Assembly: GCA_037444405.1 (NCBI GenBank)
Contig: JBBIML010000007.1
Coordinates: 32,001 to 96,000, forward strand
Reading direction: 5' to 3'
DNA: 64,000 bases
Origin: Armatimonadota bacterium
GTDB taxonomy: Bacteria > Armatimonadota > Fimbriimonadia > Fimbriimonadales > GBS-DC
A program made the position numbers and the translations under genes. Shown in pieces: positions 32,830-43,325 of this stretch. Below the pieces are notes generated by a model. That model was not told the origin of the DNA. It made no database searches and worked only from the letters and a program-made list of their open reading frames with translations. Positions within the stretch are counted from its first letter, which is position 1. Every line of letters begins with the position of its first letter.

Positions 32830-33633
32830 TTATGAGCCATTTGCGCGTCGGACCGCCTGCTCAATCAACGGCTTGACGGTGGCGGCGGGCAGAACGAAGA
32901 GCGTGGTGCCGCCCTGACCGCCGAAGCTCATGGAGAAGCCGAAATCGCTCTCGTCGTCCTGTTTCAAGCCATGCCCCATCAGCACGGCAACACCCACCGC
33001 CTCGCCCGTAAGCGTGTAGACAGGCAGACCCACCTCGCTGATGTTGCCCTCCATCAGGAACGCCTTGCGCGGCTTGCTCACCTCACCAATCACGCGCCCG
33101 CTGGAAAAGTAGGGCGCGTAGTCAAAACCCTTCGGCAGGCGCGACACGGTGAACAGCTCCTGCCCGATTGTCGGTGGCGTGTCGCGAAACTGCACCGGCG
33201 TCAGCGTGCGACCCTCCAGGTCCTTGATTTTCAAAAATGCCAACCCCAGCTGCGAATCGGTCGCCACCAGCGTCGCCTCGTACTCCCTGCTCTCCTGACC
33301 GAAGATAACCTTGAAGCTCTGGGGCGTCAGTTTGAAGTCGAAGCGCTCCTCCTGATCCGATTCGTCGACGCCCATCATCTGTTTGAGACTCTCGGCAGAC
33401 AGCGGCATCGCAGAGAGCAGGATCAAGCCGTCAGGCGAAACGACCGCGCCCTGCATGCTGAACTTCTGCTCGGTCGACTGGCTCTCTTCACCCGACTTGA
33501 ACTCGTACTTCATCACCACGCGCACGGTGACGATGCTCGGCGCGATTTTATCGAGCAGCTGTTTCGGGCTGCTGGACGGCTCCTGCGCGAACAGCACGCT
33601 CAAACTCATAAGCCAGAGTGCAATCGGTCTCAT
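32830..33633 (-). CDS. Exported trypsin-like domain protein, catalytic residues degenerate
   Basis: APSIVTV, GAVVSPDGLIL, GLAFLKI, GLPVYTLTGEAVG; no His or GNSGG. Confidence 0.7.
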   Translation of the reverse strand: MRPIALWLMSLSVLFAQEPSSSPKQLLDKIAPSIVTVRVVMKYEFKSGEESQSTEQKFSMQGAVVSPDGLILLSAMPLSAESLKQMMGVDESDQEERFDFKLTPQSFKVIFGQESREYEATLVATDSQLGLAFLKIKDLEGRTLTPVQFRDTPPTIGQELFTVSRLPKGFDYAPYFSSGRVIGEVSKPRKAFLMEGNISEVGLPVYTLTGEAVGVAVLMGHGLKQDDESDFGFSMSFGGQGGTTLFVLPAATVKPLIEQAVRRANGS

Positions 33634-33646
33634 CTGTGTTTTCCTC

Positions 33647-35716
33647 CTATGGGTTCAGTTGTTTCCAGTCCGGTTCAAGGAAAACGAAGTGGGTGTCGTT
33701 ATCCCGCCGGACAAAGAGGATCAGAACGGGCGGGCGCCGTTTGAGAATCTGCTCCATCACCTGCTGGAACGCTTTCGTGTCGTGGATGGGCTGTTCGTTG
33801 ATGGCGAGGATGAGGTCGTTCAGGCGCAACCCGCCCAGCTGCGCCCAGCCGCCGTTGGACACCTCCGTCACGATGACGCCCGTCTGATCCGGGCGCCAGC
33901 GGTTGCGCATCCGATCCATCGGCGTCACATCGCGCACGGCGAACTCCAGCTCCTTCTGGCGCACGATTCGGCTGGTCTGGGCGGAGTCGGGCGTCGGCTC
34001 CAGTTTGACCGCGATTTCGAGCGTCTGCTCACCACGCAGGATGGTCAGCATCGCCGTCTCGCCAATCGTGAGCTGCTCGATGCGCCGCTCCAGATCGCGG
34101 GCGTCCTGCACGCGCGATGCCTGCAGCGGCTCGCCGTTGAGCGCGAGAATAATGTCGCCCACGCGCAATCCCGCCTTGCTCGCCTCCGACCAGGGCAGCA
34201 CTTCGGTGATCCGGAAGCCCTTGAGGTCAGGCTTGCCCAGCGATTCGGCGACCTGCCGGGTGATGACCTGCGTGCGGATTCCCATCCACGGTTTGGGCAG
34301 CTCAGTGCTGGGGCTGGGCTCGCTCGGCGGCTTGTTGCGCACCGCGCTGACGATGATTTCCTCTTTGCGCTGGAAGGTGATGGGGATCAGCTCTTTGCCT
34401 TTGAAGGCGGCGAGCGCGGCTTGCAGGTCGTTCAGGGTGCGGATGGGTCGGTCGCCCACCTGCAGAATGACATCGCCCACGCTGAAGCTCGGCTCCGCGT
34501 TGTCCAGCGGGTAGCCCGGTCGGATGCCGGTGATATACGCGCCCTGTTTGGGCAGCTTGCGCGCGTAGGCGAAGGGGCGGGTAATCTCCCGCGCGGTGAA
34601 GCCCAGCTCGCGGAACTCGCGCTCCTGACCGTAGTACGGCTCCATCGGGGCGACAGTGAGCGTCAGGCGCAGGTGCTTGCCTTTGCGCTCCAGCTCGGCG
34701 ACCACCTGCTTGCCCACAGGCAAATCGGCTATCTGCTGATAGACCAGCGGCACCTCTTCCAGGAAGCGCACGCGCACCGGCTTGCCATCCAGCTTCAGCA
34801 GGATATCGCCCGGCTGGAGACCGGCGCGCTCCGCGGGCGATTCGGGTGTGACGGAGGCAATCAGCGCACCCGTCTGACGCCGCAGTTTCTCCACTGGCAG
34901 CACTGAGATGCCCAGCCAGCCGCGCCGAATCGTGCCCGTTTGCAGAACCTGTCGCAGCACCTTGCGAGCAATATTGGACGGGATGGCGAAGCCAACGCCC
35001 CTGCTACCCAGCTGATTGATGCCGATAACCTCCCCACGAAGGTTCACCAGCGGTCCGCCAGAGTTGCCCGGCAGGATCAGCGCGTCGTGTTGAATCCAGC
35101 GGGTGAGCATGCCGGAGCGGTCACCCCGCTCAAACTCGGCTGCCTCGATCTGGGAGCCGACCACATCGGTGAACACGCGGCGCGGGTTGGAGACAATCCC
35201 CAGCGTCACCGACGAAGAGAGCAGCAGCGGATTACCCATCGCCAGCACATAGTCGCCTGTCTGCACCTTATCGGAGTCGCCCAGCGGCGCAAAGGGCAGA
35301 ATTCGTTTTGCCCGCCTGCCGCCCGCATCCTCTTCCGGGAACTGAATCTGCAGGATGCTGAGGTCGGTGAGAGGATCATGCACCACCACGCGCGCTTCGA
35401 ACCGCTCGCCCGTGCTGAGGGTGCAGAAGATTCGCATGGCATCTTCCGCCACATGGTAGTTGGTCAGCACGACGCCGCCAGGCGTTACAATCACGCCACT
35501 GCCGCCACTCAGTCCGTACTGGGCGCGCCCGCCCTCGTAATAGCGCGTGACGGTTAAAATATTGACCAGTGCGGGGAACACACGGTCACGTGCCCGCTCC
35601 AGATCGCGGCGGAGCGTATCGCTGATGGGGCGTCGGCTCTGAATCGGCTGCGCCATCGTCAGCCCCAGCACCGTTAGCAGCAAGCCTCCTATCAGGGCAG
35701 CTCTCATCGGCTTCAT
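33647..35716 (-). CDS. HtrA/DegP-like serine protease with multiple PDZ domains
   Basis: TNYHV, DLSIL, PGNSGGPL triad; four GLxxGD-type PDZ repeats; signal peptide. Confidence 0.9.
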   Translation of the reverse strand: MKPMRAALIGGLLLTVLGLTMAQPIQSRRPISDTLRRDLERARDRVFPALVNILTVTRYYEGGRAQYGLSGGSGVIVTPGGVVLTNYHVAEDAMRIFCTLSTGERFEARVVVHDPLTDLSILQIQFPEEDAGGRRAKRILPFAPLGDSDKVQTGDYVLAMGNPLLLSSSVTLGIVSNPRRVFTDVVGSQIEAAEFERGDRSGMLTRWIQHDALILPGNSGGPLVNLRGEVIGINQLGSRGVGFAIPSNIARKVLRQVLQTGTIRRGWLGISVLPVEKLRRQTGALIASVTPESPAERAGLQPGDILLKLDGKPVRVRFLEEVPLVYQQIADLPVGKQVVAELERKGKHLRLTLTVAPMEPYYGQEREFRELGFTAREITRPFAYARKLPKQGAYITGIRPGYPLDNAEPSFSVGDVILQVGDRPIRTLNDLQAALAAFKGKELIPITFQRKEEIIVSAVRNKPPSEPSPSTELPKPWMGIRTQVITRQVAESLGKPDLKGFRITEVLPWSEASKAGLRVGDIILALNGEPLQASRVQDARDLERRIEQLTIGETAMLTILRGEQTLEIAVKLEPTPDSAQTSRIVRQKELEFAVRDVTPMDRMRNRWRPDQTGVIVTEVSNGGWAQLGGLRLNDLILAINEQPIHDTKAFQQVMEQILKRRPPVLILFVRRDNDTHFVFLEPDWKQLNP

Positions 35717-35766
35717 CCAGTTATAAAGTTTACCCGATGGCGCGGGTGAAGGGTACACTTTTCTGG

Positions 35767-36411
35767 ATGGGAGCGGGCGATTGGAAGCGTGAGCGTTTGC
35801 GTGGCGTGTATGTGATCACCGACCCGCAGTTAGGTGGGGGGCACCTCGCTGGGGCGCGGGCGGCGCTGCAGGGTGGCGCACGCATCATTCAGCTGCGTGA
35901 TAAGCACGCCACCACGCGCCAGCTCATAGAGTACGCTCTGGCACTGCGCACGCTCACCCGCGACTATGACGCCCTGCTGATTATCAACGACCGCCTCGAT
36001 GTGGCGTTAGCGGTGGAAGCCGACGGCGTGCATCTGGGTCAGGACGATATGCCCGTTGCGCTGGCGCGGCGGCTGACAGGCGAAGGGCTGATTATCGGCG
36101 TGTCGGCGGAAACCGTCGAGGAGGCGGTGCGTGCCGAAGCGGACGGCGCCGACTATTTAGGGGTCGGACCGATGTTCACCACCGCCACCAAGCCCGACGC
36201 CGGCACGCCCGTCGGACCTGAACGCCTGCGAGCAATCAAGCAGCGCGTGCGCATTCCTGTGTTCGGCATCGGCGGTATCACGCTGGCGAACGCCCCGCAA
36301 GTGCTGCAGGCGGGCGCGGACGGCATCTGTGTGATTTCAGCCGTTTTAACGGCACCCGATCCTGCCGAAGCCACACGCCAGTTAGTGGCTCTCTTCGAGT
36401 CGCGCCGTTAG
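35767..36411 (+). CDS. thiE: Thiamine-phosphate synthase
   Basis: IQLRDK, IINDR.D, GVHLGQDD, TATK, IGGI; probably leaderless (TACACT 7 nt upstream). Confidence 0.95.
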   Translation: MGAGDWKRERLRGVYVITDPQLGGGHLAGARAALQGGARIIQLRDKHATTRQLIEYALALRTLTRDYDALLIINDRLDVALAVEADGVHLGQDDMPVALARRLTGEGLIIGVSAETVEEAVRAEADGADYLGVGPMFTTATKPDAGTPVGPERLRAIKQRVRIPVFGIGGITLANAPQVLQAGADGICVISAVLTAPDPAEATRQLVALFESRR

Positions 36412-38900
36412 CGGCTCTCCACGCGGTGAACCGTCGCCCACACATGGCGATAAGCGTCCAGATTGCGCGGCTGCTTGCGTGCCTGCACGATGTCCAGATA
36501 GAGCGTGGCAATCTCGTAGGGGCGCATCTTCAGTTCCAGCTGGCTGCAGGGGCGAATATCCCCCGTCGGGGGCGATTCGGACACCGTGAGCGACTCGATG
36601 GGTTCACCTAACAGGTTGGTGCGGATGGCGCGGGCAACCTCGCCAGCCACGCGCAGGCGCACGCGCGTCGCCTCGCCACTGAACTCCACCAGCCGCAGCA
36701 CGATGGGAAACTCCATCCCGCGCCCGGCGTAATCGCTCAGGTTCATCCCTGCAAACCGCTCCGATTCGCGATAGAGCGCCGTCAGCAGCACATTGGGCGC
36801 GTCGCACCAGACGCAGCCGAAGGATGGTGGCAAATCGCCCGATGGCGTCTCGCTTCGCGCTACCAGCACGGGGCGATTGAATTCCTGCGCCAGCCGCCAC
36901 CGCTCAGCATGGGTCAGCGCGCGATGGGGCAATAGACGCACGCGAACCTCCAGCGTGTCCACGAAGTAATCTTCATCCCAGGGGTCATACAGGGTCAGGA
37001 TGTGGCGCACGCGCTCGTCATCACGCAGGAACGCCTGGCTCCCGTCGTGCAGGTAGAGCAGTCCACGCTCGCCCGCGTCGAAATCGAGCAGTTGCAGCGC
37101 GGTGAAGGGGTTGCGCACCTCTTCAAACACCTGCGGGGAGGTCATCCAGTCGCCTGTGGGATACTTGCGCAGGTAGGTTCCTTCCGCCCGAATCGGGCTG
37201 ACGCCGTAGGGATGGTCATGAATGAGTCGGTATTCGGGCAGATTGGGCGCGAGCGTGGTCATCAGCGCGTTCCTGATACCGCCGTCGGGGCGCGGCAGGT
37301 GTTGCGCCCGATAGCATAAATCGAGCGCGTCGCATTCGGGTGCGAGGCTCACCTCCATCTGGATGCGGGCGCCTGCCCTGCCGTTGCGCTCGATGAGAAC
37401 CGTTTCGCCCTGCACGCGCACGGACGCTTCCTCAAAGCGCTCCATCTCGCCCTGGCGTATCATCTGCAGCGTGCCGAGCGGTTCATCGGGGCGCAGGATG
37501 CCTTCGGGGAACTCCGCGCTGAATAGCTGGGTGATGACGCCGCGAGCACGGTCGATGACCACCTGCAACGCGCCGCGCTGTAAGCGCACGGTAGTGCCCT
37601 CGGTTTCTATCTGCACGGGGCGGGGCGATTCAAAATCATCAGAGGGTTGCACCACACAATAGCCGAAGGGTGGCAGGGAGTGCAGCAGCCGGCGTTGCCC
37701 GGTAGCGGGATCGGTGATGCAGGCGTCGCGTTGCCAGCCGAGCGGGTTGTAGACCACGAGTCGCCCCACTTCGCCCGTTGCTCGTGTTGCAAGCAGGCGC
37801 ATCGTGCGCTCAAGCACATGTCCGCTCAGCGCGAGGCTGCGCTCGTAGGAGCGTCGCCCGATGTGCCCGCACAGCCCTTCGCACTCATCGTTATCGTGGT
37901 GCTGGGCGGCAAGCAGTTCCCGCCACGCCTCCTCCAGTTCCCACACGGGATAGACATCCCAGTGCGCGTAGGGTCGCCCGAAAAGCCCCATCATTGCGCA
38001 CAGTGTTTCGGCAGCGAGCAGCGACTGCTCCGCGCGACGGCTCAACCGCCGAAACAGGTCGCCGTTCTTGCCCAGGCTCAGTCCGTGAAACACATCATCC
38101 AGCGTGTAGCGGCGTGGCTGTGCCAGCTCGCGAGCCTGCTCCAGATATTCGGAGAGCGTCACGAAGCGCAGCTCAAACTCGGGTCGGCTCATCAGCGCGC
38201 GCAGGGGCGGTAGCATCAGCTCTGCGCGGCACATCCAGTCAGGCGAGGGCATCAGCTCCAGCCATTGCACGATGCACGGCATCGGCATCTGATGCAGCTC
38301 GGGGCTATCTAACAGCGCGGCGAAATCCTCGGGCCACTGGTGCAGATTGAGCTTATGGCGCGGCGCGGTCAGCAGGCGCGAGCCGTCCTGACCCTCCCAG
38401 TAGATGGCGGGCACCTTCTCGACGGGCAGCGCGGGCGTGTGCCATGTCCACTGGAAGAAGAGGCAGGCATACTCGTAGCCCACACCCCGCAGAATCTGGG
38501 GCAGCTGCGGAAAGAAGTCGAACTCCTCTTCCCAGAAGGTGCGCGGGCGGATGCCGAGCAAGCGCATCACCGTCCGCACGCCGTACACACGCTGGCGAAT
38601 GTTCGACTCGCCCCCGTGAAACAGCCCATAGGGTTGACCGTATGATGCGCCCACCACCTCAATCTGCCCACGCTGAATGGCATCGCGCAGCTCGGCGAGC
38701 GCGTTGGGCGCCTCCGCTGCCATCCGCTCGTAGCCGACCGCATCGAAGTTGATGTTGCCCTTCGCGCCCGTTTCCGCGCAAAAACGCAACATATCGCGTA
38801 CCGAGTCGGGCAGCACACCATAGCCCCACAGCCACTCCATATCGACCCAGTGCATATGGTTGCCGAAAGTGTAGAAGAGGGTCGTGCGGGTGTTAGCCAT
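36408..38900 (-). CDS. Glycoside hydrolase family 38-like (alpha-mannosidase-like) protein
   Basis: HxxWVDxxW, GESNIRQ, QLPQIL, WEGQDGS, QHHD, PYEIATL. Confidence 0.7.
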   Translation of the reverse strand: MANTRTTLFYTFGNHMHWVDMEWLWGYGVLPDSVRDMLRFCAETGAKGNINFDAVGYERMAAEAPNALAELRDAIQRGQIEVVGASYGQPYGLFHGGESNIRQRVYGVRTVMRLLGIRPRTFWEEEFDFFPQLPQILRGVGYEYACLFFQWTWHTPALPVEKVPAIYWEGQDGSRLLTAPRHKLNLHQWPEDFAALLDSPELHQMPMPCIVQWLELMPSPDWMCRAELMLPPLRALMSRPEFELRFVTLSEYLEQARELAQPRRYTLDDVFHGLSLGKNGDLFRRLSRRAEQSLLAAETLCAMMGLFGRPYAHWDVYPVWELEEAWRELLAAQHHDNDECEGLCGHIGRRSYERSLALSGHVLERTMRLLATRATGEVGRLVVYNPLGWQRDACITDPATGQRRLLHSLPPFGYCVVQPSDDFESPRPVQIETEGTTVRLQRGALQVVIDRARGVITQLFSAEFPEGILRPDEPLGTLQMIRQGEMERFEEASVRVQGETVLIERNGRAGARIQMEVSLAPECDALDLCYRAQHLPRPDGGIRNALMTTLAPNLPEYRLIHDHPYGVSPIRAEGTYLRKYPTGDWMTSPQVFEEVRNPFTALQLLDFDAGERGLLYLHDGSQAFLRDDERVRHILTLYDPWDEDYFVDTLEVRVRLLPHRALTHAERWRLAQEFNRPVLVARSETPSGDLPPSFGCVWCDAPNVLLTALYRESERFAGMNLSDYAGRGMEFPIVLRLVEFSGEATRVRLRVAGEVARAIRTNLLGEPIESLTVSESPPTGDIRPCSQLELKMRPYEIATLYLDIVQARKQPRNLDAYRHVWATVHRVESR

Positions 38901-40395
38901 TGTTGTTCCCCCGTCCGTTCTCGGCAGTGGTCGGCTCTTCGGGCGGCAGCGGGATCGCCTGCACCAGTCGGATGCGGTGCCCTTCCACCGCATGCACGCG
39001 CAGTTGCCAGCCGTTGGCAATCACCACATCGCCCTCGCTTGGCTGATGCCCCAGCATGCCGAACACGAAGCCGCCGAGGGTGTCGAACTCTTCTGACTCC
39101 AGGCGCGTATTGAGCAGTTCGCTGGCGTCGTCGAGGTGCATGCGGGCATCGATGAGCAGCGAGCCGTCGGGCAGTGTTTGCACGGGTTCCTCTGGCTCCA
39201 CATCGTACTCGTCCTGAATCTCGCCGACAATCTCCTCCACGAGGTCTTCAAGCGTTACCAGCCCTGCGGTGCCGCCGTACTCGTCCTGCACGATTGCCAT
39301 ATGGACGCGCTGGCGGCGCAGCTCCTGCAACAGCTCCACCACACGCTTGCTTTCGGGCACGAAGTAGGGCGGGCGCATGATTTCGCGGATGGAGAACTTC
39401 GGCGGTGCGCCCTCGCACAGGCGCAGCAGGTCCTTCGCGTGCAGGATGCCCAGAATGTTGTCCACACTGCCCTCATACACGGGGATGCGCGAGTGCCCTG
39501 TCTTGCGAATGAGCGCAATCGCCTCCTGCGGGGTGGCGTCGGCAGGGATGCACTTCATATCGACGCGCGGGGTCATCACCTCGCGGGCGATCGTGTCGGT
39601 GAACTCGAAGATGGACTGGATCATCTCCTTCTCCTGCTCCTCGATCACGCCCTGCTCCTCGCCCGCTTCGACCAGCACGCGCAACTCTTCCTCGCTCACG
39701 ACGGGCGCCAATCGCTGCGGCTGGATGCCGAACGGTCGCAAAATAAGGCGCGTGAGTGTGTTCACCAGCCACACAGGCGGCGCCAGCACCCGATCAATGA
39801 ACACCATCGGCGCCGCGATGGCGAGGGCGACCCGCTCCGGATAGGTCACCGCGATGCTTTTGGGCACAATCTCGCCCAGAATGATGTTCGCGAAGCCGGT
39901 GAGCAGTGTGACGATGATCACGCTCAATCCGTAGAGCAGGCGCGACTCGATGGAGGCTTCTAACGGTTTAAGTGCGTGATAGAGCGGCTCGGCGAGATTG
40001 GTCGCCGCCACGGCGGACGCCAGGAAGCCCAGCAGCGTCATCCCCACCTGCACGGTGGAGAGGAAGCGCGTTGGCTCGCTCTTGAGCGCGTTCAGATGCG
40101 CCGCCATGCGATGCTTCTGCTCCATCAGCAGGCGCACATAGCTGTGGCGAATGGAGATGAGCGCGGTCTCCGCCAGCGCAAAGAAGGCGTTGCCCAGCAG
40201 CAGCACCAGAATCAGCAGCAGGCTGGTGGTCGGGGTCAGCCCGCCCGCCGGAGGGGTTGCCCCACTCTCAACGGGCGATTGCCCATAAAAGAGCCAGATG
40301 AGCAGTCCTGCAAGCAGCGCGGTCAGCAGAAGGCGTTTCTGCCCCCTTCCCCGTGGGGAAGGTTCACGAACGGTTCGGACAGAACTGTCTTCCAT
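38893..40395 (-). CDS. Hemolysin/CNNM family protein (DUF21-CBS-CorC)
   Basis: GEIVPKS, REVMTPR, HSRIPV, DEYGGTAGLVTLEDLVEEIVGEIQDEYD. Confidence 0.92.
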   Translation of the reverse strand: MEDSSVRTVREPSPRGRGQKRLLLTALLAGLLIWLFYGQSPVESGATPPAGGLTPTTSLLLILVLLLGNAFFALAETALISIRHSYVRLLMEQKHRMAAHLNALKSEPTRFLSTVQVGMTLLGFLASAVAATNLAEPLYHALKPLEASIESRLLYGLSVIIVTLLTGFANIILGEIVPKSIAVTYPERVALAIAAPMVFIDRVLAPPVWLVNTLTRLILRPFGIQPQRLAPVVSEEELRVLVEAGEEQGVIEEQEKEMIQSIFEFTDTIAREVMTPRVDMKCIPADATPQEAIALIRKTGHSRIPVYEGSVDNILGILHAKDLLRLCEGAPPKFSIREIMRPPYFVPESKRVVELLQELRRQRVHMAIVQDEYGGTAGLVTLEDLVEEIVGEIQDEYDVEPEEPVQTLPDGSLLIDARMHLDDASELLNTRLESEEFDTLGGFVFGMLGHQPSEGDVVIANGWQLRVHAVEGHRIRLVQAIPLPPEEPTTAENGRGNNNG

Positions 40396-40412
40396 AGAGC
40401 GTCTCAACCTCC

Positions 40413-41228
40413 TCAGCGAGGCACGAGCCAGTAGATGAGGGCAGCCAGCCCGATGCCCAGCAGGCTGCCCATGACGACTTCCCGCAGGGTATGCACCTTC
40501 GCCTCCACACGGCTCTGGGCGACCAGCGTCGCCAGCAAGAGCGCCAGGATCGACGCCAGCAGGTTGCCCGACACGATAATAATTGCAATGGCGAAGAAGA
40601 AGCCGAGCGCGCTGTGCCCGCTCAGCACTCCGCCGTGAAACAGGCGCACCCGCCCCTGCGTGGATAGCACCTTCGCCAGCGACACAATCACAAAGATGAG
40701 GATTGTGCCGATGGTGACGGCGACGGTCATCGTCGGCTCTGCCCGCTCCATGCGCAGCCGGATCTGCTCCAGGCGCAGGTCGCCCATAAACAGCACCCAT
40801 GCGACCACAATCGCGTTCAGCGTGGCGACCAGCACCGCGCCCGCCGCGATGTCTTTGGCGAACTTCGCGCGCGGGTCATACTCCTGCGTTGCCAGATCAA
40901 CGGTGGCTTCAATCGCGGAGTTGAACATCTCGGCAATCAGCACGATGGAGATGGTGAACAGCAGCACGAGCATCTCGCGCTTATCGAGGCGGAACAGGAA
41001 GCCCATCAGCAGCACCAGCACCACGCTGAAGAAGTGGAACCGCATATGGCGCTGGGTGCGCACGACGGCGATGATGCCCTCCAGCGCGTAGCGGAAGCTA
41101 TCCAGCGCATTCCGCCGCCACGGATGCTCGGTGGGAGCCGAATCGCTCAACTCTGAGCCGTCACTCGATGGCTCCGTCAGGTCGGATGGTTCCGGGCGTT
41201 CCACCGTTTCGCGTGGGTCATCTCTCAT
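40413..41228 (-). CDS. dgkA: Diacylglycerol/undecaprenol kinase fused to a PAP2-like domain
   Basis: EMFNSAIEATVD, AKDIAAGAV; SGHSA, SRVEAKVH. Confidence 0.88.
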   Translation of the reverse strand: MRDDPRETVERPEPSDLTEPSSDGSELSDSAPTEHPWRRNALDSFRYALEGIIAVVRTQRHMRFHFFSVVLVLLMGFLFRLDKREMLVLLFTISIVLIAEMFNSAIEATVDLATQEYDPRAKFAKDIAAGAVLVATLNAIVVAWVLFMGDLRLEQIRLRMERAEPTMTVAVTIGTILIFVIVSLAKVLSTQGRVRLFHGGVLSGHSALGFFFAIAIIIVSGNLLASILALLLATLVAQSRVEAKVHTLREVVMGSLLGIGLAALIYWLVPR

Positions 41229-41808
41229 AATGGCGTGAGTACCACTCCTCCCTTGCTGCGTAGCCCAGCTCGCGCAGGGTCTCGACGGCGAGGCAGTTCA
41301 TTTGCGCACGCTGGGCGTCGGTCTCATCCTCATAGCCGAGCAGGTGAAGGGTTCCGTGCAGGCACAGCACCAGGATCTCGGTGATGAGGTCGTGCCCGTT
41401 CGGTTCCGCCTGTTGCGCCGCCTGCTGGATGGAAACCACCACCTCGCCCAGCAGAGGCGTTTCGGCGAACGGGTCCAGCAGAATGGGGTCGCCGTCCGTT
41501 ATTAGCGGAAAGCTCAGCACATCGGTCGGCTGGGGCACGCCCCGATAGCGGGCGTTCAGCGCGGCAATCTGCTCGCTGGTGGTGAGCCAGACGCTGATCC
41601 CCCAGCGCGAGGGAGCGGGGCTGGCGGTAAGGGGTGGCAAACCTGTACGCGCCACCAGACGCTGAACCGCCTGCGGGATCGCCGCCGTCAGCAGGTGCTG
41701 AATCAGCGACTCTCGCTCGGCAGGCGATGGGAGCAGCTGGGCGAGATAACGGTCGGCATCCGGGTCGAGCCCCGCCGACACGCTTACCTCAGGGCAGATG
41801 GGCAACAT
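41218..41808 (-). CDS. ybeY: rRNA maturation RNase YbeY
   Basis: LNARYRG..PTDVLSFP, LGEVVVS, HGTLHLLGYED. Confidence 0.9.
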   Translation of the reverse strand: MLPICPEVSVSAGLDPDADRYLAQLLPSPAERESLIQHLLTAAIPQAVQRLVARTGLPPLTASPAPSRWGISVWLTTSEQIAALNARYRGVPQPTDVLSFPLITDGDPILLDPFAETPLLGEVVVSIQQAAQQAEPNGHDLITEILVLCLHGTLHLLGYEDETDAQRAQMNCLAVETLRELGYAAREEWYSRHYER

Positions 41809-43309
41809 AGACAGGTTCACTCTCCGATCGAACGCCAGGATACTCCACGCGCCGATGGCGCAGGGCGACCAGCACGCGCACGAACGCCTCTTCAATCTGT
41901 TTTAGGTCGCGAAAAGTGAGCGTGCTTTCGTCCAGCTGCCCATCCTGGCGACGCATCTCGATGAGTTCATGCACATAGTTGGCGAGGCGGGCAGGGGTTG
42001 GGTTTTCCAGGCAGCGGGTGGCGGCTTCCACTGTGTCCGCCAGCATCACCAGCGCGGCTTCGCGCGTCTGCGGCTTGGGTCCGTCATACCGAAAATGTTG
42101 TTCCAGCACAGGGTCATGCCCTTCGCCGACCGCCTGGTGATAGAAATAGGTGATGAGTGAGGTGCCGTGATGCTGAGCGATAATGTCGCACACAGCGGTG
42201 GGCAGCCGATGCTGGCGTGCCAGCTCCAGCCCATCGCGCACATGGGAGGCGATGATGCGCGCCGAAAGCGCGGGGTTGATGCGCTCGTGCGTGTTGGGTC
42301 CCGTCTGGTTCTCGATATAGAAGTCGGGTCGGGTGAGCTTGCCGATGTCGTGATAGTAGCCGCCGACCCGCGCCAGCATTGGATCGGCGCCGATGGCTAT
42401 CGCGGCTTCTTCCGCCAGCTGCCCCACATACTGGCTGTGGAAATAGGTGCCGGGCGCCTTATCGCGCAGCTCGCGCAGCAGCGGATGCTCCAGCGAGGCG
42501 AGTTCCATCAGTGCCATCGGGGTCGCCAGTCGGAACGGTCGCTCCAGCAGGGTCAGCCCCAGCCAGAAGAGCGCCATCGTGCCCGTGCCGCTCACAACGC
42601 CCCAGAACCCGCCGGCGCACGCCCGCAGCCACTCGCCATGCGCATGGAGTTGTGCCGCGAACGCGCCCGCCATCAGCAACGCGCTCAACAGCGTGCCGGT
42701 CAGCAGGAGGTCGGTGCGCCGTCGCAGCGAGGCAATCGCGAACATCACTGTCCAGCCAATCAGCCCCACGACGCCCACCGTCAGCACGGGCAGATTCAGC
42801 GCGACGGCAACCCCGCCCAGCAGCACCGCAAAGACCAGCACCGCCAGCAGGGGATGAATCAGCACGCTGAGCATCATGCCGCCCGCAATCAGCGGCGCGA
42901 ACGCCACAAAGCCGCGCTCACTGCCCAGCCCCGGCGCGTTGCTTAACGCCGCCAGCACCCGCACACCCAGCAGGCTCAAAAAGCCGGTCAGCACCAGCAG
43001 GATCAGCCCCACTTCCCGCGCACTGGGCGCAATCGGCGAGCGCAGCGCCAGCCCCGAGGGCGCCATCAACCCCAGCTGACGAATCAGCATCATCAGCAGT
43101 GCCACCTGCGCCGCAGCAATCGCCACACGCTGGAGCCACTGCTGCAGCAGCGCGGTGATCTCACCGTTCAGCACGGTCAGGGCGAGCAGGCTGAGGATGC
43201 CCATCAACAACGGCTCCCAGCGCAGCGCGGGCAGCCACCGCTTGCGGGGCACGGTTCGAACATCGCCGCGCCTGCGACCCTGCCTCAGAGCCGCCCAACC
43301 GATACGCAT
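41789..43309 (-). CDS. 7TM-HD phosphohydrolase (PgpH-like)
   Basis: Multiple TM helices; APGTYFHS, YHDIGK, HHGT, MLAD. Confidence 0.88.
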   Translation of the reverse strand: MRIGWAALRQGRRRGDVRTVPRKRWLPALRWEPLLMGILSLLALTVLNGEITALLQQWLQRVAIAAAQVALLMMLIRQLGLMAPSGLALRSPIAPSAREVGLILLVLTGFLSLLGVRVLAALSNAPGLGSERGFVAFAPLIAGGMMLSVLIHPLLAVLVFAVLLGGVAVALNLPVLTVGVVGLIGWTVMFAIASLRRRTDLLLTGTLLSALLMAGAFAAQLHAHGEWLRACAGGFWGVVSGTGTMALFWLGLTLLERPFRLATPMALMELASLEHPLLRELRDKAPGTYFHSQYVGQLAEEAAIAIGADPMLARVGGYYHDIGKLTRPDFYIENQTGPNTHERINPALSARIIASHVRDGLELARQHRLPTAVCDIIAQHHGTSLITYFYHQAVGEGHDPVLEQHFRYDGPKPQTREAALVMLADTVEAATRCLENPTPARLANYVHELIEMRRQDGQLDESTLTFRDLKQIEEAFVRVLVALRHRRVEYPGVRSESEPVYVAHLP

Positions 43310-43325
43310 AACTCTCCCAAACGCC

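Noticed and set aside
35717..35766. TPP riboswitch upstream of thiE
   Set aside because: Only ~50 nt intergenic, filled by two divergent -10 boxes; no aptamer motif
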